A DNA stretch of 64,000 nt from Balanoglossus misakiensis (lineage: Eukaryota; Animalia; Hemichordata), in assembly GCA_040954595.2 (NCBI GenBank), contig CM082576.2, positions 8,621,129 through 8,685,128 of the forward strand, written 5' to 3'. Below are positions 50,839 to 63,892 of the stretch, piece after piece; positions within the stretch are counted from its first letter, which is position 1, and every line of letters begins with the position of its first letter. The position numbers were made by a program, and so were the translations under genes. The notes beneath the pieces were generated by a model. The model was not told the origin of the DNA. It did no database searches and saw only the letters and a program-made list of their open reading frames with translations.

Positions 50839-53800
50839 TTAAGCACATAATAGGATTTATTACCGAGGCGATAAGCGCGTTTGTATGTCATATCTCAAGA
50901 TGTATTGAGTCTCGTGGGAAGGGCCTGAGTATGATCGTCGTCAATGGGCGATAGATCATTCAGACCTGGAGAAATCAGGTTTTCAATTACAATAATGATA
51001 GCGATAATGAATACAAGCACGATTCAATTGACGAACCAGAGTAACACAATAATGGCAATGTAGCCCGGAGCCCCGCCGGCGCGAGACACTGTAATTAGTT
51101 TCTAGAATTGCGGCAAATCCTCGGCTTCAGACGCACGGAAAATCAGATAATAGAAATATGTTATTTCATAAACTGTCGGCTGTTTTCTATAACGGTTATT
51201 TTGTGATCTGAAGGTTAGATCGCCGGTAATCCTATACGCTGGTATCTCGCCCATCCGCCAATCAGCGAGTATCGTCGGGCATATTTTACGTGACTCTTCT
51301 CATGAAAGAGGAATCCCAAGTATCCCTTTCGTAGCCACAGAGCTGCCTCAGTTACGATTAAAGTAATATTTTAGCTTCGCCGTCTCCGGGAGAACTTGCG
51401 CCATAAAAATTAATGAAAGCTTGGGTTGCCGGCCGCGGCCCAGTTCAATGGTCACCGAGCGATGGACGTATAGGACCGGTGCAAACATCCTAACCTTTGA
51501 CCCCCCCCCCCCTCCATCCGGTTTTACGCAATCCTAGCAACAGTTTTGTTCGTGCAAGAGGTTGCCATTGTAACCAATCGTCTACTGTATGGTGACCGTC
51601 ATCACTTGACCTTTCTCAATCGAAATAAACTAGGTAGCGACACCCTCCCTTCCAAAAGCCACAAAAACACGATAGCTGTACGCACTTCTTCGAATATCCT
51701 CGTTACAAGATCAGTGACCGACACGTTCTTAAATTTCTCGGTCTTGCGAAATATCGATATCCTCCTGATTATGAAGTCGCTGTAAGCGCCATAGCCGATA
51801 AGCGGCACGCGAGTAGCTGTTTAAAAGAATCGCCGCTTCTGTGACGACGTAAATTAAGTTTTCTTTTTATTTCGTTGATTAATACATCCACGAGCGTATC
51901 TTCGCAATCATTCAAACGTAAACATAAAACTGTCACTGTTTGTGTTCTCCCCGCAAGACACGTATACATATATAGACTTGGCAAACTGGGTGATGGGGGG
52001 GGGGGTTCTAAGCGATTTCAAAGGGCACACCCCTTTTCTCACTCCCTCTTACCCCCCCCCCCTCTTCTTTTTTCCATCCGCGTTTTCTTTAATGCCCACC
52101 AAAGCTCTTAACATCGTCCTCCCCCTGATCCGTTAATGACACTGAGCAAATCGGAATAATTGCATTAACCATCTAAACACGCCACTACTTAATAAAGTCC
52201 CACTGTGCACACTGTGTTCATCGATTCACAAAATTCCTAACAGTCGTTCGTTATAACCGCGAGCGCCCTTCCGGGCAGGCAGAGATGACGACTCAGTCGA
52301 AGACGTGTTAAATATCATGACATCTGATAAACTTATCGCCTTTTGCCATCGATAAGCACGTTTGGTCTTTTTACGAGTACGTGCTCCTTAAGTATGTTGA
52401 CCTAACAGAAGTAGTTCGTGGCCCTCTCACCTGCCTGCCTACCCATTGTGGCAAAGTCGAACGACCGACATAATTTCCCAGATATGTCTGGTTCGATGAC
52501 CCCCCAGACCACCAACCTTCCCGCCAAAACTGGAACGAACGGCCACAAAGTTTGACTGTTGACAGATGATTCTCATTTACCTTTCAGACTGCGGCTGATT
52601 TCCCCCTTGTAAAGACCAGATAAGGAAAGATGTATCTGGTGCTGATCGACCCGCCTCTTCAGTTGGTATCGACGTCCTTCATATATCGACGATAATGAGG
52701 TAGAATCAAGAGCTGGTTGACTTTAAGTGTGCGGCGTTGTTTCCCACAGCGAGTGTCAAAGTTTTCGGCTAACGGCGCGCAGTTCTGAGACAAATGGTCA
52801 CTATGGTGAATATCTCGGTTGATTTATACGCCCAGCCAACAGAGTGATGTTATCAACCACTCACGTCGCAGTAAGTCCTGTCAGCGCAGGTATAAAACCA
52901 CGGAACCACGGCACACCGGCGCGTCGCTATCAAATGAATTATTCTTTTTAACGAACGAGGTGCCGAAGGATACCTGAAATCCTGCCTCGCAGTTATGGGA
53001 GTAGTCAGTCGACCTCTCAAAGCAGTTCTTACAAATAGTCAACGGCTCGTTAACAACATTCCCCTATTATGGTTGATCCGCTAAGTTTGCACGGCGACCC
53101 ACCTATACCTTCTGGCGGAGCGACGTGACTCCCCGCGCGCAAATGACACGTTCGAGCACGACATCGACCGGCTTGGCGCCAAAAGTGTGGACACTCCCAC
53201 CGCCGGTCGATTCCGTCACCACAACAACCTGTTGTTTCTGGCCAGTCAGTGAGTAACACGAAGCGCCGGCCTCTTACGCGCTAAAGCACATATCGTCCAC
53301 TCCGATTCCCTCCGCCTGGAAACAACAATACTTTGGGCAAACATTGCAAAGTTCCGGTAATATTTCGCCCATTACGTAGTTCATTATGCGGGGCCGCTTT
53401 TAAGACGTCGATGAAATGTTAGAGACGGCGCTAATCACCAAATCATTTCACCGCGCAAGGAGTGGCCGTGTACACATTGTCGAATTTATTGACACAGCAT
53501 TTCACTCTGGAAGTATTAAGGTTTACAAATCTCGCTAGATCAACAGTCTTACATTTCTGACAAGTCCGGCGGCGTTTCTTCCGCCTCCCCACTCATACAC
53601 GGTCTAGCCAATGGAGATCTAGAGCGTGCCACGCCGGCGAAAGACTCGATGTTCAACAAACGAAATGCCAGTATCTGTAACTTACTCCCCCCGTTTGATT
53701 TCAGCATTAAAAGCGACGGGAAATAGGAAAATAGTGAAGAGAGATGTGATCTATCTCCATACATCATGGGAGTTATGCCTTTACTTATTAATTCGTCTAC

Positions 53801-56800
53801 TCAAATACGTACCGGCGAGGGAACCAGCGTTTCTCCAGTAATCCGACTCCGCTATAAGCCGGATCTTTATTTTCGTTCCAATTTCAACCAGAGGTAGACA
53901 CACAAGACTTACTCCCGGTCACGTGTTAGTGGCCGGGTTTCCATTAAGCCAGGATCTCAGCAAGAACACAGTCACGACTGACTGTATTTTAAGCTATTTT
54001 CAAGCGGCACCGCCGTCCAAAAGCTCGACACGCCCCATATCACCCATCGGCAAAATCAAGCGGACATATGCCGAAAATGCGAGCGTTTTTTTCTTCGTAA
54101 GCCTTATTAAAGCGACGGGGATTAGCCCATGTATATTAAAACTCTGTTCACGGGGTATTAAACTCCACGGGAAATTTACAGCACGGCTAAAAAAACAAAG
54201 TCATATTAAACTCGACATAATATAGGGGAATCGACTGACGAGGCCGTGACAAAATTCAATTTGTCGGTACAGATCTTGCATTTTTCCAATTAGGACCGTG
54301 TCAATTGGTCCTGTCTGACGGGACACGCTACTTTAAAGTGCCGGGAACGACGTAAGCCCCTGGATATCCTCAAAGTGGGAACTTCAAAGACGATACAGGG
54401 GGGAATGTATTTAATATTTTGTGACAACAATATCTAGCTAAATATCGTGACGACTGTAATCGAATTGACAGACTAGTCTCGATAGATTTGAGTAATTACA
54501 GCCACTCACGGGGGAAAATCGAATATTGATCAATGTAAGATCAAGTTATGGTTGCAATTTACATGTACGTGCCTTATTTGAAGCGCAGCAATAGCATAAT
54601 TTCAAGGAAATTACATATCCCCACTTAATATTAACCAAGCGCCAATAACACTTCAACTGTATTGTTTGTGTTATGCTCATATATTAATACTTCGCAAAAT
54701 ACGATCACGTAACAAATTGCTGTTGGTTGTTCACAGGGCACAAGCAACTGGTCTGTAGATAGGATAACAATGCAATGAATACCCCAAAAACATCTTGCTT
54801 TGTTATTGTTAGTATACACATAAGTATTATCCAAACCCAAGCACTACATCAAAGTTTTCATTAGTAATACCGATAGTACTGACCCTTCTGGACAGGATTG
54901 ACCCCCCCCCCCTCACCACCCCGTAAATGTTCAACTTTTAGCCTTCAGGACCCCAATCCAAACAATTCGCAATATTGAAAATGCAAAAGCTTCTGGAGAA
55001 GCAAGCCTCTGCAGACCAACGCTTTTCGCAAAATTTTATTTAAGTACATGACTTTAGTTGTACACCTACTAGGGCCGTGTAAGAAACGCTTTTATAGGGA
55101 TTTTTGTGGATTTTAGGAATCTGATATAGCTGGGCCAAAACACTTTGTCAATATAGCTAGGGTAATACTTTGTCAACACGTGCTAACCTGATGCCGAATT
55201 CATTTAAAACCGATGAATAATTCTGAAATTATATCCCCTCCTCAGATATTGAAAGAGAACATCTTTTGTAACTCTCTTCGTAGTTAATTTTCGGTTCGCC
55301 CAAACGCTGGATGTAATACCGTTTTCAGACAAAGGTGATGTTATTGAAAGCTTTGTCTGCAGGCACGACGGAATCACACTCATCAGTACTTGTCGTATAA
55401 TACATTCAGGTATTCGCGCAAAGAATGGCCATCAAAGGCAGATGGCGTGCTGGTGGCAACATATGAAGATCGAAAAAAAAAGTGATTTAACCACAGACCC
55501 CAGGGTCTATGATTTAACGTTATCCCCGACTGAACACAGCCAGTCCAAGAGACATTCCATATCTTCTTCCAAAAAATGGTTTTAAAGTTGAAGTGCTCCT
55601 TTATATTCGACGGCTCACGGTGACAGTATGTCTTCGGTTTTCGTTTTTTAGTTCTCACGGACGTCGAACACTTGCATTTTGTTACATTTTCGAGCAGGAT
55701 TGTACAGTGGTAATTGACGACATAGGAATACGTGGATTTTGTTCAAAAAGATTTCAATAACATTATTTAATTACACCCTCACGTCGATATTTTGCTTTAT
55801 TATCCTACACGGATAAGGAAAAATCTAGTTATATGGATTGTGTAGTCATATTTTCCGCTGCACATATGATCTCCGCGGCCTCTCGCTGCTTCGAATACAG
55901 GAATCTATCATGGATAACTCCCAATTAGATGCAAACATAGCGCCTTTATCTGATGGGTTCATTTCGCATCCTTGATATTTTTGTGAACACGGAAATTCGC
56001 TCGTCTCAAATTAATGAATGGCTTACTCTCCCGGGAATGCATCCCGTGGACTAGTCTTGCAAAGCCTCCGGGGTCTATTTTAAGCCACCTGTGTATCTTA
56101 TTCCAACCTTGAGCGCTTTTTATTTCATTCATGGCTGATTGGCACAGCAAAAGAATACTTTTCTTTTTAAGGAACACGGGATAGCATATTGCAAAGTATT
56201 ACAACAACACAAAATTGTTTCCACCAAACCCCTATACCAAAAAAGTTAAATGAGAAGATACAATCGCAGAAATAATATGTGCAAACGTACATTACATCGG
56301 TGATGCATGTAACGAATGTTTCCCGCTTCAATATTTGACAAATTTACTGACCTCTTGACCTCACATTATTTATTATTCATGTGGAGCCGATTTATCTTGT
56401 CAGCCGACATTTCATTTTGATCGATTGCTTTAAGAGGTAAAAAATTAGGTTGTTAGATAATTGATACCACTTGAGTGTACGATTACCTATAACCGTTTTC
56501 GAAAATGTACGAACAATGCAGAGTGTTAGAATAATTCGAAAATGGAACATATACAGGGTTTCGCATCAGTTAAAAAATTAAGTTACAAGTTTCCCGCGTA
56601 TTTGTATCATGCAGACGATATCTAAGCTTATACCTGGCAAGCAACGTATTTAAGGTTGCAGATGGGAAAGACCAAGTCGAGAGACACGATATGAGTGTCA
56701 AGTCAGTCGTTATTTGATTTTCCTGACATAAAATTTGCGTTTTAAAATATTTGCAGCAGCGAAACCACCCTCTCTCCTAAGCTTGTTGCACTGAAACACA

Positions 56801-59800
56801 GTCACCATGGCGAACTTACAAGCGGGTTACCATGGAACCCAAGCTGTTAGGATGGAGATTAGTAGTGGAGATGGAAAAAGTAGGCCATAAATAACTACAT
56901 GTATCTAGAACCACTGACCGTATGAGAACATTAGACCTCTCACTGGTCACGTGAAACGTTCTAGACAAATTATGCCTGGGACTTCAATTCAAAGAGGTTC
57001 AATGGCACACGTGTTAATGACCAGGCTCTTTATTCAATCCCATGCAGACACGATCCTCAATATAGCTCCGCGATGCATGATGTGCTAGTATAGTATAGAA
57101 ACTAGTCATTGCAATTCAGATGGTTCCCAACACAACGCATTATCACCGCGCTGCAAAGGCTGAGATGGAACCTCTTTGACTCGAGTTGTAATAGGCCTTT
57201 ATCATGTCCGGGGCACTAATGGATTAACTCGCGATGTCATTCATTCGTTGCCCTTTCTCTTCCAGAAGTTCGGGGAAAAAAAAAATCCGAACAGCATTAG
57301 CTTCAGTCGAAAAACACACTTTGAGGGAATTTGAACCATCGTAACATTCCTACACACATGCATTTCCTTTGATTCCGTGTTTCAGTCCTTTCAGTTCATG
57401 GAAACCATCAAAATTCCAAACTCTTCCTGTTTATCCTGAGTTTCGATATCAACAACGTCATCCAAACTCCGAGATACAGCGACACACCCTGCGGTAGTTA
57501 AATACAAAGACAGCGCACGTGAGCATGCACTGTTCGCACACCCGCCCTCCGTAGGTCAAAGACTTCATTCGGTGGCTTCTGCCGGAATCGTGAATATGAC
57601 ACGTAAACAGCTGAGGGGGAAATACATAGACTTCTATACTCTAAACTATGATTATAATAAAACTGAGCATTGGAGTTTTGCATTCTTAAAATTTAATTTT
57701 TTAGATTTATGTTTTCATGACATGACTTTCCATGCGTGACTCCTGAACCAGAAAATAGGCTGACTTCCAACACTGCATACTACGACTGACAGACCCGGTG
57801 ATACCAACTCATCCTTTACAAGACTAACGGGGGCATTTAAATTAATAAAACACTACGTCGGTGTAACGAATGTAGGCGAAGGGTCCCCCGCCGTCAAACG
57901 GCCGCGGATTCTTGGCACAATTTTTGTTCAAGTAGTCATCTTCTTCCGTGCATAGAATTATGGGCCACACCTCGATGACGTCCAAGAAAGCGCTATAATA
58001 AATGTCAATAGACTGCACCAGAGAGCGCATTTAATTGGCGCCGCTGAAAACGAGAAAGTGCTTATTCTCGACGATGTGCCTGGTATAGACAACGCCCACG
58101 GCGGGTATTTTCCGGACTATCGAAGAGATTCGCGTTTGGCGTCACGCGCTCCGCGCAGGAAGTGACATTTATTCTAATATCAATAAGATAGTAAACGCGA
58201 GCGTTTATCCATCTGACCTTGTGAGACTGACGAACAGATCGGTTGAGTTCAAGTGCAAATTCAATTCTCCTGACATCTGTTCAAGTGATTGAAAAACCCA
58301 TTACGAGAGAGGTGTGTGCGTGCGGACGGTCACGGTGCGGCTGTCATACGCTTTAGTCCGTCTAATATTAGTCGCAACCATTTGCTCTCCATTGATTTAC
58401 GGTACACATATAAACACGTGTCCTTAATATTAGATTACCACCGCAGTACATGGCCGGTTCGATGACACATTTTATCTGCCCAGCGAGCGATATTTATAGA
58501 AATTAAGCTGGGCTACAATATTTTTTATTTATCGCTTCTTAAAAAAACACTGGCTGCCCTTTAGAGGCATTGATTTAACACGGAAACAAATCGAGATAAC
58601 GATAGCCCGAAATAAAATGTTCAATAACGATTGCTATGTGGCAGGGTACGTGGGCGAGGCTGCGACCGTATAGTTAAATTTAAAGTTTAGGAATGCATAT
58701 TTGCACGACACAACTTCTTGAATTCTCGCTGAGAAGATTCCTTTCGAATCTTGATTGGGTCCGGATATTGGCCATTTTTCATTTATTAGTGTAGCTGTCG
58801 TACGTATTTAGAATTAATCTTTGCAGCGAATGCGTCTCCGTGCATTTGGCTTTAAGTCGTTGATTGGCCCGGTAAAGTCGGCGTCTTGTGAGCGAAATGG
58901 AAACAGGGAAAAACTCAGTCGGGGAAATAGTTTTACCGAGCGGCTGATGTTCTTGGGGGTTTAGTTGCCTTTTATTGCCAAGCAAATGTCTGATTCTGAT
59001 GGATTCTCGGCTGATCTTCTTCCAGGCAATAATGTATCAGTGTTTTCCAAGTCTGCTCGGATCGTTCAGTTCAGTTATTGTGCGCATTCTTTTCTATAAA
59101 AAAAACACAACAAGGGCAAAACCTGATCAATGTTTCTGTCAGAATAATGCCTCCCCTCGCACTGTCTGTTTTTGCCGGTAACGTTGCCAAAAGATAAAAC
59201 AAGAAATAACGGTGACGGACAGACCTACTTATAGCGCGACCTATTAGCAGGGCTTTGACATTTCTCTTGTACGCACATCGTGTCGGCAAGACCGCCAACA
59301 AAGAGGTTTTTACACTCACGAAGAAAACAGATGAAGACCTCAATCCATTGTCAGCAGCGCATTCCACCGGGAAGGAAATTGATTAAGGATAAATGTTACG
59401 GTTCGTCGATAACATTTGCCAATATTACACGCGCCGAAAGCGTGGCGCTTGCAAGAGATTAAACAGGGGGGATGTCTTTTGTGTCCGCAACTAAAGACCT
59501 CTCTTGGCGGCAACGCGATGATACCTCCGAATTCACAGCTCGCGGCTTTGAGTCTGCATTCCCACTGGAGTTGTCTCTCACAATCCAACAGGAAAGTGCT
59601 TTGCATCAGGAAAATAATCCCGATGGCGGAGGTGTCTGGCCACAAATGCCTTTTTTGTAAACACGTAGCAGCGCTATGATACTTATAGTCATTTGCTGTT
59701 ATCTCTCTAACCACTTTGTCCACCCATTAAAGAAAAACTAGATTTGACGCAAAAACTATTGTACTAATCCTGGACTTAAGGTTAAATTGGTTCGTGTAAA

Positions 59801-60805
59801 TCCGCAGAGTATTACGCGCGAACATGGACGTGTTTTTGATGACGTTAGATATTTCCTTGCCTCTCCAACTGTGGAATCCGAGACTTTGTACAGCCTTCGA
59901 TTACTAGTATACTATACCAAATCTTAAAACTTAAAGTTGTCGGGTGGTGGCGCCATCCAATGACTAACGTGGACAATTGATAAGAAGACTGTTCACCTTA
60001 CCATCTCTATCTTTCTGTTTTGTCATGATTTGTAAAAATTGCTGGAGATTCTAATTTACTTACAGATTCCTCGGATTCCTTGTGTTTTGGTAGGATTAAA
60101 TTCTTCCAGTACCGCTTCTCTTCCGTCTTGGCGACGTCTTATCTCCATGGGAGCTCGAGTAGCGTATAACCACGGTCAAACTGTGACACCAACCGTTCAA
60201 TATCACTACCGTAGTCGGTATTAGAAAAAGCAGAGAAGTTGACAAGGTCCATCCTGGCCAGTGGCAAACACGAAAATGGTGTTCCAGGCCATCCACGTGG
60301 CAAGAACATAATCTAAATATTCACAAATTATCGCCTTCGACCAATCTCATTCATGTATAGTTTGAATGCCTTCTTTCTGGCCAATAGCAAATACACTAAA
60401 GCAGAGCGAGCCATGTACTTGACCAATCAGATTCAAACAATTTCCATCTACACAGGTGGTACATGTCGTTGCCCTTATTCACATGCAGATCATTGCATTG
60501 ACTGGAACCCTTCTGCTATATTTGTCTGCGATAGGTCAATCTCCAAAACTTCTATGGAATGTGCATAAATGACCGCTGTAAACTTTGGGTGACCCCATCC
60601 CAATGTGGGTGTTCAAACCAAAGTCAGCACATTTATTGACAATATCGTGGTATAGACATGCTGTTCACAAGTTCCTGACCACAAGTGAGGTGTTTACAAC
60701 TGTAATAACAAACCTACTCGTGCGATTAACTATACAGATTCTGAGAAAACAAGTGGATAGTGCAGGTGGTGGTCACGACTCAAACTTTACACACGCGGAT
60801 TATAA

Positions 60806-60822
60806 TTTATTCATTATTTATT
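60806..60822 (-). promoter_or_regulatory. Tandem polyadenylation signals of the polycystin gene
   Basis: Two AATAAA on the - strand (60822-60817, 60811-60806) about 165 nt past the stop codon. Confidence 0.55.
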
Positions 60823-60984
60823 TATGTATTGAAAATTTCCTATGTATATATACATTCACATTAAACCCCTTTGTTTGAAATATGTAAATACCAATAAATA
60901 TCAAATCTGCGAACAGAAGGCAAAGGACTTCACAAGAATATTTGGGTAATATAGAGCGATTGTCCTGTGCAAATTGGCCACAAA

Positions 60985-61456
60985 CTACACAATGAAATTC
61001 TGAAGGTTGAAAACGGCACCTTTCTGTCTTAACGCTTTCCACTTGTCCAACAGTGTCTCCTGTAAGAAATCTGTCACCACGGCGGACAGTGTCCGCTTCA
61101 AGCGCGCGGGCAGGTCGTAGAAGACCATGGACTGTTTGCACACCTCGAACGTTCCCGACGCCACGTCCACCGTCGTCAACTGGATGGTCTTGGAGTTGTC
61201 CCGGTAGAACCTCCACCACGACCTGGCGCGGGTGCGGACCATCCTGTTGTCCACGTCGCCGATGACTTCCACCATCCTGCGGAACATCAGCCGCCGCTGC
61301 GCTTTGAGTTTCGAACAGAGGAAGATCATGTGCCGCTCGATCTCGTACGGCGTCATCTTTGCACGACACTCCAGGCACCGTCTGGGAAGTGCCGGGAACG
61401 TCGAGTCGTCCTCGCCCAGACTGAGGCGCTTCTTAGTCCGGTCTGAAATCTTCTCA
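60985..61456 (-). CDS. Polycystin-family gene, terminal exon (cytoplasmic tail with C-x2-C-x11-H-x4-C motif)
   Basis: Acceptor ttcttttcAG at 61457-61458. The phase-2 junction continues in frame (SEKISDRTKKRLSLG...RRCLECRAKMTPYEIERHMIFLC...NFIV-stop). Strong coding-type codon bias. Confidence 0.8.
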
Positions 61457-61777
61457 CTGAAAAGAATTATATTTTTGAGAAGTTTTTGCCTTTATCTGTG
61501 TCCAAACAGAACATGCACAATCACAATGAAAGGTTTTTCAGTGAATTGGGTATTTCAAGTTTTTATTTTAATTCTTATTGTCATTCGCTTGGTCACCACA
61601 TTATATTATTTCGAATACATTTTGATAGTCCAGCAATATGCATCTCAAACCCCGATCTTTATAATTGGCTTACAAGAAAACGGTTTAAACCTATCTGGAG
61701 CACCTTTGTGGAAAAAACTTATGAAAGTAAATTTGTGACGTGCTACATAGACCCTGGCCATGGTTAAACAAACCTAC

Positions 61778-61910
61778 CTTCGTGCAACATTAATACCGTA
61801 CTGCTTTAGCGCCCTCAGTAACCAGTTGTCCAGCCAGGTGATTCGCAATTCCAAGGCAGCGACGTCGCACAACTCCAATGGAATAACAATGATGGGTTCT
61901 TTTGTAATTT
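61778..61910 (-). CDS. Polycystin-family gene, penultimate exon (EITKEPIIVIPLELCDVAALELRITWLDNWLLRALKQYGINVAR)
   Basis: Acceptor ttttccccccAG at 61911-61912 and donor AG|GTAGGT at 61777; phases match both neighbouring exons. Confidence 0.75.
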
Positions 61911-62078
61911 CTGGGGGGAAAATTATACAAATGTCAGTCAAACTATGTGATGTGAATTTGGTACCAAGGGTGGTGTTGACATACATGAGATCGCCCAGGC
62001 ACCTCATACTGACAGTTGCCTGATTGATAAAATAACGCATATACTTTACGTCTGCAGAAGTTGTCGCTTGCTTATTAC

Positions 62079-62651
62079 CTGTATCGTCCTCCCATTCTTC
62101 CTCGTCGTCAGAATCGTCATCGTCGCCAGCGCAGAGGCCGGTGGCGATGTCCTGCACGTTGCCCTTGATGAACTCGTACATCTCGTACTCGCTCTCGATG
62201 CCCTGGGCCTTGGCCTCTTCGCGGGCGTACATGATGACGGCGACGAAGACGGTCGTCAGCACGAAGACCATGACGAAGTTGAAGAAGAAGAAGACGATGG
62301 GCGCCAGGACGGGCTGCGGCGCCATCGTCTCGTGGAAGTCGAAGATGCCCAGCCAGACGGCGAGCAGCGTCTCGGCGGCCACGATCAGCGTCCGGTAGTC
62401 GTCGACGCTGGAGCCGATCAGCAGGTAGAACAGCTGGGTGAAGGCGAATGAGACGAGGGAGAACATGACGCCGAAGCTGACCAGGCTGCCCGAGGCGCCC
62501 CGAATGGTCTTGCCCAGCAGGGCGATGTTGCTGCTGAACCTCAGAATGTGTATGAACTTGAGGAAGGACATGAAGACGACGGCCGATAGCACGTAGAGGA
62601 ACAGCTCGTCCCAGGCGGCGATCTCTTGCAAACTGACGAAATCCTCGGAAC
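62079..62651 (-). CDS. Polycystin-family (PKD1L2/PKD2-like) channel domain exon: S4-S5-pore-S6 and acidic patch
   Basis: FLKFIHILRFS...LLGKTI...FAFTQLFYLLIG...LGIFDF...PVLAPIVFFFF...FVAVI matches the PKD_channel architecture. Acceptor aaatcAG at 62652-62653, donor G|GTAATA at 62078. Confidence 0.92.
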
Positions 62652-62899
62652 CTGATTTGGACAACAAAGATGGACGGAAATTGATGAATTCTGATTGGCA
62701 AGTGTGAAGATCCAACTGCGAGTGCAATTTATTGGATTTGGCGCTGTGTTACATTGAAAATTCACAAATCTTAATATAGATGATAAAACTACCAAAGTTG
62801 GGTTTTTATAGTATGATATGATGATGTCAATAAATTGGAGTCGTTTTCGACTGATTTCAGACCTGAACTTTGCTTGATTTTATGTGAACTGATACTCAC

Positions 62900-62993
62900 C
62901 ACTGCCTGCAAGACTCTTTTTTGCCAGAGCAAGGTAAATATTTTTATATATGTGCAAGGCGATTCCAGCTATACACAACGCTGTCTTTGCCAT
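62900..62993 (-). CDS. Polycystin-family gene exon (MAKTALCIAGIALHIYKNIYLALAKKSLAGS)
   Basis: Poly-T tract plus caacAG acceptor, donor G|GTGAGT at 62899; frame-compatible hydrophobic segment. Confidence 0.85.
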
Positions 62994-63144
62994 CTGTTGA
63001 ATAAAAAAAAGAAGATATCGAGTGTCTAAATGTGTGTAATAAATAATGGTAAATTTGGAAGGTTCAATCGCATACGTAACATTCTTCTTCTCGCAGTCCA
63101 AGTGAAACCAATGTGTTCAAATATTGACGCCATGGTCATCTCAC

Positions 63145-63367
63145 CTCAACCCAGTTGAAAAAACTCTTGAAATACTGCATTTTCGTTTTCTTGATCTGCA
63201 TAATGGCGTGAACCAGGTAGTAAATCGTAAATCCGATGAAGATCAGCTCACAGAGAAGATTGAAGACTAGGGTAGGTCCGACGTAGTTGTACAGGCGGAG
63301 GACGGCAATCCTTGGGAACACCAAAGTAGCCCCGGTAGCTGGGAACTCCATCAACAACGTCACCATG
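63145..63367 (-). CDS. Polycystin-family gene exon (MVTLLMEFPATG...CELIFIGFTIYYLV...YFKSFFNWVE)
   Basis: EFP-x-x-G, CE-x-x-F and YF-x-x-x-x-NW-x-E polycystin motifs. Acceptor tttatcAG, donor GAG|GTGAG. Confidence 0.92.
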
Positions 63368-63588
63368 CTGATAAAGGTAGGAAGGGACACGTGACATTAG
63401 AAAGCTGTGATCTGGGCTGACGTTTTGATGCAGCATTCTCAAATTAAACAGTTTAAGAATGCCCGCGAAATAATATGAAACATTTTCACTTCGGATGAGA
63501 TTTCACGTTGCGTATGATTGAGCTCAGGTACATCGTATAAATGTTGAAAATATTTAAAAGAAATTCCGTGTTGACTTCAAAGGCTTAC

Positions 63589-63712
63589 CTGAAGAGGTTG
63601 ACATTAGCGTTGTACAGTGGGAATTCCAGCAACACAGCCCTGGTGTAATGATCGACCCACCTGGAATCCCAGATTTCCCGCCAAGAGGTTTCAACCTCGC
63701 TTCCACTCGTTC
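63589..63712 (-). CDS. Polycystin-family gene exon, TOP/polycystin domain (WVDHYTRAVLLEFPLYNANVNLF)
   Basis: Highly diagnostic W-x-D-x-x-TRAV-x-x-EF-x-x-YN-x-N-x-NLF motif. Acceptor ttgcAG, donor AG|GTAAGC. Confidence 0.95.
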
Positions 63713-63892
63713 CTGCAACGAGATTGACGGTTATGGAAATTTGTTTTTGTTGTTGCATACAAAACAACTAATTGCAGCGTTCTTCTCTCAGCGGCCATTT
63801 TCTATTTCGAACTTGCTCGAGGTGACCCATGTTCTAACCGAGGACAGGGCCTTGTCATGTGAACAAATCAGGATGCCCTCTCTGAGACCTAC

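Noticed and set aside
5367-60984. Search for a second GPA2 or bursicon-like gene in the intergenic regions
   Set aside because: Manual scan for GCH-x-x-G, NACRG and CC motifs on both strands found nothing convincing. A tblastn search would be needed to exclude a very divergent copy.
60818-62701. Long antisense and alternative-frame ORFs overlapping the polycystin exons
   Set aside because: Explained by strong GC3 bias, which removes stop codons from the other frames.
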